Assembly (NCBI GenBank): GCA_038243585.1
Contig: JBBSQY010000049.1
Span: 1 to 23,285, forward strand
Direction of reading: 5' to 3'
Length of the DNA stretch: 23,285 nucleotides
DNA from: Candidatus Sumerlaeales bacterium
GTDB lineage: Bacteria; Sumerlaeota; Sumerlaeia; Sumerlaeales; Sumerlaeaceae
The position numbers and the translations under genes are program-made. The notes beneath the pieces were generated by a model. The model made no database searches and was not told where the DNA came from. It worked only from the letters and a program-made list of their open reading frames with translations. Shown here one piece after another: positions 7,635-14,750 of this stretch (the first letter of the stretch is position 1; each line of letters begins with the position of its first letter).

Positions 7635-10600
7635 TCAGACTGCCGCAGTAGGGTAGAGCGTCTCTAACATCCGATTTACGCTCTCTTCCGTGACCGGCAA
7701 TTTGCGTAAATCGCGCATGGCAATTACCTGGTTGAGGGCACCTTTCAGATCTCGAACGTTGGTATCTATTTTTTCGGACAGAAGTCTTGAAACCCAGGGT
7801 TCAAGGGCCAAGTTGTTTTCTTCCACTTCGCGGTTTAAAATCGCCAGGCGGGTTTCCAGATCAGGAGATGCGATATCAACTATTACCCCGGCTCCAAAGC
7901 GGCTGCGGAGACGGCTCTCCAAGTGGGAGATTTCCGAAGGGGGGCGGTCGCTAGTGATCACGATTTGACGCTTCGCCTGAAACAAGCTGTTAAAGATGTG
8001 GAAGAATTCTTCCTGCGCACGTTCTTTTCCGGCCAGGAACTGCACATCATCTATGATAAACAGATCGAGGCTGCGATAGCGTGTGCGAAACTGTTGAACG
8101 TTATTGTTTTTGATCGCCTCCACCAGTTCATCGGTGAAGTCTTCGCTGTTGGTGTAGATGATCTGGGCCTTAGGGTCATGGCCGAGGAGGTAGTTAGCTA
8201 TGGCGTTGCAAAGGTGGGTTTTTCCAAGGCCTACGTTGGCGTAGAGGAAGAGCGGGTTATAAGTACGGGCAGGGGACCGGGCAATGGCCAGCGCGGTGGC
8301 ATGGGCGAAATCGTTGTTGGCTCCGACCACGAACTGGTCAAAAGTGTACTCGGGTACAAGTTGCAGGGTCGGACGTTGCGCTGGGGACGCGTCTGAGGTG
8401 GCGCTCGTGGAGGGGGCGTTCATTGCCAGCTCTACCAAAATTTGCAGTTCCTTCATGGCAAGGTCGGTCTGGCCGAGGGCGGTCAGTAGTTCCGCGCGAC
8501 GTTTCCGAGGAGGCAGTCGCCCTGGTTCCATCTTCAGAATTTCGTCGTAAACCGCCAGTGCGTCTTCTGTATGCCCTAATTCGGCATGGCGCGCTGCAAT
8601 TATTTCCAGTTGATCGGCAGCCTGCTCGCTCCGTCCGGCGGCTATTAAGTTGTCGGCCATCCTGCGACCGATATCCATGCGGGTTGGGTCGATTTCCAGC
8701 GCTTCCCGCTCGGCAGCCATAGCTTCTACGTCCATCTGCTGATTGCGGTATGCATCAGCAAGGCCCAGTAGCTCTTCCACAGCGGCGGCGGAGTTTCCCT
8801 CGGCGCGGTGAATTTGTGCCAACTGGCGGTGGGCGTCGGAATTGCCGGGGTTTGCGGCTAGCACCTGTTGTAGCAGATCTATGCCGGCCTGACTGTTACC
8901 CTCTAAGTGATGGATTCCTGCAATTCGAAGAAGCTGAATCTCCCCCTTCGCGTTTTCACCCAAATGCAAATGCAGGTCTGCGAGCTGCCTGCGGGCGTTC
9001 ATGTTGCGAGGTTCAATTTTAAGAACTTCATTGAGCATTGCTTCAGCGTCGAGAAAGCGTTCCTGCAAGCGATAGACGTCTGCCAACGCCAGGCGCTTCT
9101 CGGCCACCTCAGCGTCTCTACCGGCTTCTTCCAGGAATTGCAGCTGTTCTTTTTTGAGGGCTAAATTGTCTGGGTCAAGAGTGACAATCTGGTCAAAAAC
9201 CAGGGCGGCATCACTGTTTTTGGCTGCCGCACGAAGGATCGTAACCAGTTTTCGGCCCCATGTGATTGCCTGGTTTGGCTGGCGACCCACCCGGTGCAGC
9301 TCATAGATATCCCGGTTTAAATCCAGATTTTCGGGCACTCGCTCAACGGCTTTCAGCATCGTCTTTCGGGCTGCTTCTGATTTCCCTCCCTTGTGCTGCA
9401 GAGAGGCCAGACGACGGGCGGCGACAACGCCGGCCTGCATATCGCCGCGGTTAAATTCTGCGTTCATCAGCATATGCAGGGCTTCTTCGTCATCGGTAAA
9501 TCGCACAAGTACATCGCGAAGCACCCGGGCTTCCCGGTCGCCATCGCTGGCCCCTCGGTACACCCGTGCCAGATGCAGACGCCATTGGCGGGCTGGCTGA
9601 TAATTTTCCTGCTTATCGCTAGCATTAATAATCCGGAGTATCGCTGCGCTATCGTTAGGGGACTCTTTCAGGTACTCTTCCAATATGCCAGTCGCGTCGC
9701 CATACTGGCCTTGCTGCTCATGAAAAGCGGCTATCCGCAGCAGAGCCTGCTGCGTCTTTTCGGTGTTTCCGAATTCCCGATAGTTTTGAAGTTGTCGCAC
9801 AAGAGCGGGCAGGTCCTGGGGTTCCAGATCGTTCGCTTGCTCTATAATTTCGTCTGCCTCGCCCCCGCGATTCAGGCGCTTCAATTCTTCTGCCAGTTGA
9901 CGGAGTCGCGCCACAGCGGCCGGCTTGTCATCAAACCGCAGATACAACTCTACCAGGTCGCGCGCGAGGTCGGTATCTTGAGGGATAAGGTTCGAGTAGC
10001 GTTCGGCCTCGAGGATAGCATCATCCAAGCGGTCGTTGGCGGCCATATTTTCACATGCTGTTATGACAGTGTCTCTCACCTGCGGATAATCCTTGTTACG
10101 GAGGTGAGCCCGGGCCATCTTGAAAAGTAGAGAATTTGGTGGTTCGGCTAGTAGTTCAGCAGCACGTTGCAGGTAAGAGATGGCGCGGCGTCCGGTGGTG
10201 GCTTCCAGATGATGGTCGGCGATGGACTCCAAGGCTGTGACAGCGGCTTCTCGGGCGGAGGTATCTCCTGCGAGGGCCAGTCCCTCCAAGGCCGTGGCGC
10301 GCAGGTCCAGACCATCTTCAGAGTTCTGATCTTCGGCGGGCATTGCGTCGGCCGTTTCGAGCGCGTCGGCGTACGCTTTTTGCGCAAGTTGTGCGCGAAT
10401 CAGGCGCCGACGGGTTTCCCGGCTCTCCGCGCCCTTGTTTTCCTGTTCCTGGATGTGGATAAGGGTTCGAAGCACCGGCACGTGCTGGGGCTGCCACACC
10501 AGTACGCGGTCTATAATTTCCTGCGCCTCCTCAGCGCGGCCCTGGCCATACAGTAATCTAGCAAGGCCAGCTTCCAGATCCAGCGCTTCTTTGGCACGGC

Positions 10601-11747
10601 CGTGATTATTGTATTCATTGATCAGCGCATGGAGAGCCGCTTCATCTTCTGGCGCGACGACAATAAATTTTTCAAGAGCATGGATGGCGAATTCATGCTC
10701 GTTGTGCTCCCGAAGGTGTTGGGCAGATTGAATGACCTGATGGGAAATGACCGGCGTAGGCGGGATGGCAGCGGCGGTTTCGAGAAACCGGCGATGGCTG
10801 TCAGTGCGTTCCGGATCGACCTCAATAGCCATGAGGCAAAACTCGGCGGCGGAGTCGAGATTGTGCTCCGTTGCAGCTTTTTCTGCCAGTCCCTGTAGCA
10901 AGTTCACGGCATCGTCAGACCTATCGGCCTGCGTCAATACTCTTACTATGTGGGGCGTTACGTCAATGACGTCTATATGGTTTTCACGGCTGATTGTTGC
11001 AGCACGCTGATAAGCGTGAAGCGCAGCTTCGAGGTCGTTGGCGCCCTCACAGGCGTCTCCGCCGCCCATAAATTCCATTACGGCGGATTCCGCGTCGCCG
11101 TTTGCATATAGCAGTTCGGCGCAAGCAAAGCGGGCTTCCGGACTGTCTGGGTCCAGCTCTGTCCATTCCTGAATCAGATCCGGCACTTCCGCCGCCCGAC
11201 CTTCCGCGATTTTCAGCCGGCATACAGTTACAAGTTTCTCCGCACGGGCCTCTGTTTCGCCGCGACCTTCGAAGATTTTCAGCAGCCCATGATGCGCATC
11301 GGAACACTGCGGGTCGATATCCAGAATCGTCCTATAGCGAGCTTCGGCGTCGTCGAAGGCTTTAGACGCCAAATCCTGATCAGCTACGGCAAGTTCTGCC
11401 TTCACAAGTTCATGGTTTACCGGTAATTCTACGGGCAATGATTGATCGTGAACTATGGCGCGAATGGCGGAATCTACATCGACGCTGCGTGCCTGGGCAA
11501 ACAGGCTGACGAGGTTGCCCCCCTGGCTGCCTGTGCACTGGGTGTATTGGCAGCGAAAACTGCGGGTTTCCCGGTCAATCACCAGATTTCGAAAAAGCCC
11601 CTCGCGATGGATAGGGCAGAAGCCCTTGGCCGTTTTCGGGTTTTCCTGATATTTCTCGAAACGATAATCAATAGACTGCATCAGCAGGCGGATATCTAGC
11701 CGGCTGTTTACATCGTCTATAATTTCTTGTGGGAAGAAGTTGCTCAT
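7635..11747 (-). CDS. Multidomain protein: CHC2 (primase-type) zinc finger, TPR repeats and DnaA-type AAA+ domain III, without domain IV
   Basis: N-terminal C44-PI-H47...C66-x4-C71-x4-GGN; recurring TPR-like helix pairs ending in IDP/LDP/LEP turns; C-terminal YTFDQFVVG, YNPLFLYANVGLGKTHL, FIIDDVQFLAGKERAQEEFFHIFN, TSDRPP, RLRSRF and NVRDLKGAL. Confidence 0.92.
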   Translation of the reverse strand: MSNFFPQEIIDDVNSRLDIRLLMQSIDYRFEKYQENPKTAKGFCPIHREGLFRNLVIDRETRSFRCQYTQCTGSQGGNLVSLFAQARSVDVDSAIRAIVHDQSLPVELPVNHELVKAELAVADQDLASKAFDDAEARYRTILDIDPQCSDAHHGLLKIFEGRGETEARAEKLVTVCRLKIAEGRAAEVPDLIQEWTELDPDSPEARFACAELLYANGDAESAVMEFMGGGDACEGANDLEAALHAYQRAATISRENHIDVIDVTPHIVRVLTQADRSDDAVNLLQGLAEKAATEHNLDSAAEFCLMAIEVDPERTDSHRRFLETAAAIPPTPVISHQVIQSAQHLREHNEHEFAIHALEKFIVVAPEDEAALHALINEYNNHGRAKEALDLEAGLARLLYGQGRAEEAQEIIDRVLVWQPQHVPVLRTLIHIQEQENKGAESRETRRRLIRAQLAQKAYADALETADAMPAEDQNSEDGLDLRATALEGLALAGDTSAREAAVTALESIADHHLEATTGRRAISYLQRAAELLAEPPNSLLFKMARAHLRNKDYPQVRDTVITACENMAANDRLDDAILEAERYSNLIPQDTDLARDLVELYLRFDDKPAAVARLRQLAEELKRLNRGGEADEIIEQANDLEPQDLPALVRQLQNYREFGNTEKTQQALLRIAAFHEQQGQYGDATGILEEYLKESPNDSAAILRIINASDKQENYQPARQWRLHLARVYRGASDGDREARVLRDVLVRFTDDEEALHMLMNAEFNRGDMQAGVVAARRLASLQHKGGKSEAARKTMLKAVERVPENLDLNRDIYELHRVGRQPNQAITWGRKLVTILRAAAKNSDAALVFDQIVTLDPDNLALKKEQLQFLEEAGRDAEVAEKRLALADVYRLQERFLDAEAMLNEVLKIEPRNMNARRQLADLHLHLGENAKGEIQLLRIAGIHHLEGNSQAGIDLLQQVLAANPGNSDAHRQLAQIHRAEGNSAAAVEELLGLADAYRNQQMDVEAMAAEREALEIDPTRMDIGRRMADNLIAAGRSEQAADQLEIIAARHAELGHTEDALAVYDEILKMEPGRLPPRKRRAELLTALGQTDLAMKELQILVELAMNAPSTSATSDASPAQRPTLQLVPEYTFDQFVVGANNDFAHATALAIARSPARTYNPLFLYANVGLGKTHLCNAIANYLLGHDPKAQIIYTNSEDFTDELVEAIKNNNVQQFRTRYRSLDLFIIDDVQFLAGKERAQEEFFHIFNSLFQAKRQIVITSDRPPSEISHLESRLRSRFGAGVIVDIASPDLETRLAILNREVEENNLALEPWVSRLLSEKIDTNVRDLKGALNQVIAMRDLRKLPVTEESVNRMLETLYPTAAV

Positions 11748-12153
11748 ATGGATACAGTTATATAATTACTTACGGTCTCGTATCAGTGCATTCAAGGATA
11801 AAATGGAGCGCAGTCAGCAAGCAGGTTTTTGAGAGGATTCCGTTGTGGGAGGCGGCTGAGCGGAGGTTTGCAGTTTTCGGGGGTTTTTCTGCGCTCATGC
11901 CCGTGGGATCTGGCTGCGCGCGGTGTTTGCTGCGCATTTACCCGTTTTTTTATTTGAGGGCTTTTCGAACTGAAACAAGGCGTTCAACTAACAGGAGGGG
12001 CGCGGTGCTCCTGAACAGGTTTTTGTTAGTTTGTTCGGGATGTGTAATTATAGGTTTGCGGCTGCATTTGGTGGCTGTATGTAAGAAAGACGCTAGGAGC
12101 AGCGGGACTGACTGTTAATTCCCCTATGGGACCTTAACCCGTTTCCAGCGACG

Positions 12154-12181
12154 GGCCCCTGGCGAAGGTTCGCCAAGGGCC
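12154..12181 (-). terminator. GC-rich hairpin downstream of sucD (terminator or stabiliser)
   Basis: The minus strand reads GGCCCTTGGCGAA-CC-TTCGCCAGGGGCC (one U-G pair), about 20 nt after the sucD stop. No clear U-tract on that strand. Confidence 0.5.
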
Positions 12182-12202
12182 TTTGCTAAGATTGCATTTG
12201 TA

Positions 12203-13078
12203 TCAGGAGATGCCCAGCTTTTGCTTAATCAGCGCTGGAACCTGATCTGGGCGTTCGGCTACGGGGATGTTGGCCTCATTCATGGCCGCGATTTTTTCTT
12301 TAGCGGTGCCCTTGCCTCCGCTGATGATGGCTCCGGCGTGACCCATGCGCTTGCCTGGGGGCGCTGTAAGTCCGGCGATGAACCCTACTACAGGCTTCTT
12401 CATGTGATTTTTTACGAATTCGGCGGCTGCCTCTTCGTCGGTGCCGCCAATTTCGCCGATCATGACCACGGCGTCGGTGTCGGGGTCATTTTCAAAGAGC
12501 CCAAGGGCATCGGTAAAGCTAGTCCCGATGATAGGATCTCCGCCAATGCCGATACATGTGGACTGCCCAAGGTTGTTGGTAGAAAGTTCTTTAACGATTT
12601 CGTAAGTCAAGGTGCCGGAACGGGATATCAGGCCGATGCGGCCTTCCATGTGGATGTGGCCGGGCATGATGCCGACTTTGGCGCTGCCGGGCGAAATAAG
12701 GCCGGGACAATTTGGTCCCACCAGGTGGACGCCTTTTGCCTTGGCGTAGTGATAGACCTTAACCATGTCCAGCGTCGGTATGCCTTCGGTGATGACAACC
12801 ACCAGCGCAACGCCGCTGTCTATAGATTCGAGGGCGGCGTCGGATGCAAACTTGGCCGGAACGTAGATGATGCTTACGTTGGCGTCGGTCGCCTGCACGG
12901 CCTCTTTCATGGTATTGAAAACCGGCACGCCAATGACGGTCTGGCCGCCGCGGCCCGGCACAACGCCGCCTACGACGTTTGTGCCGTAGTCTATCATCTG
13001 CTGACCATGAAACTGGCCTTCATTACCGGAAATCCCCTGGATTAACAGGCGGGTGTTCTTATCAACAAGAATGCTCAT
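12203..13078 (-). CDS. sucD: Succinyl-CoA synthetase alpha subunit
   Basis: [18 protein letters not shown] start (ATG 13078, 291 aa); motifs [27 protein letters not shown] and [11 protein letters not shown] (phospho-His). Confidence 0.97.
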   Translation of the reverse strand: MSILVDKNTRLLIQGISGNEGQFHGQQMIDYGTNVVGGVVPGRGGQTVIGVPVFNTMKEAVQATDANVSIIYVPAKFASDAALESIDSGVALVVVITEGIPTLDMVKVYHYAKAKGVHLVGPNCPGLISPGSAKVGIMPGHIHMEGRIGLISRSGTLTYEIVKELSTNNLGQSTCIGIGGDPIIGTSFTDALGLFENDPDTDAVVMIGEIGGTDEEAAAEFVKNHMKKPVVGFIAGLTAPPGKRMGHAGAIISGGKGTAKEKIAAMNEANIPVAERPDQVPALIKQKLGIS

Positions 13079-13316
13079 GGTGCGGGTAAAGTCCCTTTCA
13101 TTTAAGCCGCTATACCGGACTTTATTTAGCCCAGCACGTGGCGCCGCCAACTATATCAGGCAGACACTACGGGGACTGAATACGCAAAGACCATTGACCG
13201 CAATCACGAAATGGACAAAAATCTTTAATTCAGGCTTGCAAGGGCGGATTCCTGTGGCATTTAAGACAGCACACAAGTTCGGAAGTATCCATTTTGACAT
13301 GACGGGGTAAGGCGTA

Positions 13317-13460
13317 ATGAACAAAAATGTTGTAGGTATCATTTTAATCATTCTTGCAGTTGTGGCAGTCTATTTTGGCTGGAAGCAGATGAAGCCATAT
13401 CTGGACGTCGGCGGCGACGTAGTAGAAGAGACAACTGGCACTGCCGAAATGCCTATGTAA
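13317..13460 (+). CDS. Small single-pass membrane protein (47 aa)
   Basis: Shorter than any ORF in the track: MNKNVVGIILIILAVVAVYFGWKQMKPYLDVGGDVVEETTGTAEMPM. Clean hydrophobic helix, purine-rich upstream sequence and a terminator 20 nt after the stop. Confidence 0.7.
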   Translation: MNKNVVGIILIILAVVAVYFGWKQMKPYLDVGGDVVEETTGTAEMPM

Positions 13461-13480
13461 TATTTTTCTCTGGAGAATCA

Positions 13481-13517
13481 GACGGCATCCGCATCAATAG
13501 GCGGGTGCCGTTATTTT
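13481..13517 (+). terminator. Intrinsic terminator after the small ORF
   Basis: GACGGCATCCGC-atcaatag-GCGGGTGCCGTT followed by ATTTT. Confidence 0.7.
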
Positions 13518-13543
13518 GCAGGTGGATGAGTGTAATTATGATA

Positions 13544-14524
13544 ATGCCTAAAATCATCAAGACGTTTGCTAATGGATTTTTATTAACACTAGCTACTACG
13601 GTTTGCTGCGGTCAGGAATCCGGGTTTAACCTTGTGCTGTTGCCGGATACGCAAAACTACGCTCAAAGCCATCCTGATATTTTTAAAGCACAAACCCAAT
13701 GGGCGGCGGACAACGCCTCGACCATTTCCTTCGTGTTGCAGCAGGGTGATATTACAAATAAGAACAATCCTCCCCAGTGGAAAGTGGCGGCAGAGGCCAT
13801 GACACTGATGGACGGAAAGGTCCCTTACACTTTTGTGCCGGGAAACCACGATGTTGGCACAAGCGGTAGTTCGGACGTTCGCGACACAACTCTAATGAAC
13901 GAGTTTTTTCCGTACGATAAGTACAGCAAAACCCCTAACTTTGGCGGAACCTTTGAAGTTGGGCGGGTGGACAATACCTGGCATCTTTTTAAGGCGGGGG
14001 GCCTGGACTGGCTCATTTTGTCGCTGGAATTCGGTCCGAGAAACCGCGTGATCGAGTGGGCGGCTAAGGTTATCGAGGATCATCCAAACCATAAGGTGAT
14101 CATCAATACCCATGCCTATATGTATTCTGATGAAACCCGGATTGACGAGAATGACAAGTGGAGCCCTCAAACCTACGGCCTGGGCAAGGCCACAGGTGAT
14201 GAGGAGGTTAATGACGGGGAAGAAATCTGGGAAAAGCTGGCTAGTCGCTTTCCAAACGTCTTCCTGGTCGTCAGCGGTCATGTGTTGAACGATGGCGCTG
14301 GCAAACTGGTCAGCACGGGCAAGGCCGGCAACAAGGTGTATCAGATGCTGGCCAATTTTCAAAGTGGAGTCAAAGGGTCTGAGAATGGTGGGAACGGTTT
14401 CCTGCGAATCGTTCATATTGACCCGGCGGCGAAGAAGATGAGTGTAAAGACCTGGTCTCCGTATTTAAATGAGTATAAAACGGACGCTGATCAGGAGTTC
14501 GTGTTTGAGGATGTGACGTTTTAG
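13544..14524 (+). CDS. Calcineurin-like metallophosphoesterase, probably exported
   Basis: Motifs LPDTQNY, QQGDIT, PGNHD, INTHAY and VSGHV; signal-like N-terminus. The track's GTG at 13505 lies inside the terminator hairpin, so ATG 13538 or 13544 is more likely. Confidence 0.9.
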   Translation: MPKIIKTFANGFLLTLATTVCCGQESGFNLVLLPDTQNYAQSHPDIFKAQTQWAADNASTISFVLQQGDITNKNNPPQWKVAAEAMTLMDGKVPYTFVPGNHDVGTSGSSDVRDTTLMNEFFPYDKYSKTPNFGGTFEVGRVDNTWHLFKAGGLDWLILSLEFGPRNRVIEWAAKVIEDHPNHKVIINTHAYMYSDETRIDENDKWSPQTYGLGKATGDEEVNDGEEIWEKLASRFPNVFLVVSGHVLNDGAGKLVSTGKAGNKVYQMLANFQSGVKGSENGGNGFLRIVHIDPAAKKMSVKTWSPYLNEYKTDADQEFVFEDVTF

Positions 14525-14572
14525 AGTATTTGATTGGGCGGGGGAGGCGGTCGGGAGGCGGCCAATTTTAAT

Positions 14573-14600
14573 TCAGCCTGGGTAAGAAAACACAGGCTGA
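14573..14600. terminator. Inverted repeat between convergent genes
   Basis: TCAGCCTG (14573-14580) and CAGGCTGA (14593-14600), with AT-rich flanks. Confidence 0.35.
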
Positions 14601-14608
14601 TTCAAAAC

Positions 14609-14730
14609 GGAAAAGCTTACACAGGCGGGACGCCTATGCTACTTCATCCTGGAAAAGCTTACACAGGCGGGACGCCTATGCTACTTCATCCTGGAAAAGC
14701 TTACACAGGCGGGACGCCTATGCTACTTCA
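14609..14730. repeat. Tandem 42-bp repeat (about 2.9 copies), each with a GTAG-type REP-like palindrome
   Basis: Unit GGAAAAGCTTACACAGGCGGGACGCCTATGCTACTTCATCCT starts at 14609, 14651 and 14693 (last copy 38 bp). The minus strand reads GTAG-CATAGGCG-TCC-CGCCTGTG. Confidence 0.92.
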
Positions 14731-14750
14731 ATATGTGCGTGACGCTTCTG

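Noticed and set aside
7635..11747. Calling this gene dnaA or hda, or the locus oriC
   Set aside because: Domains I and IV are absent, there is no dnaN, recF or gyrB nearby, and I saw no cluster of TTATCCACA boxes in the flanking intergenic DNA.
13079..13150. N-terminal extension of SucD given by the ORF track
   Set aside because: The conserved SucD start MSILVD begins at ATG 13078. The extension comes from an upstream alternative start codon.
14609..14730. Possible CRISPR array
   Set aside because: The sequences between the palindromes are identical, so there are no unique spacers, and no cas genes are in the window.
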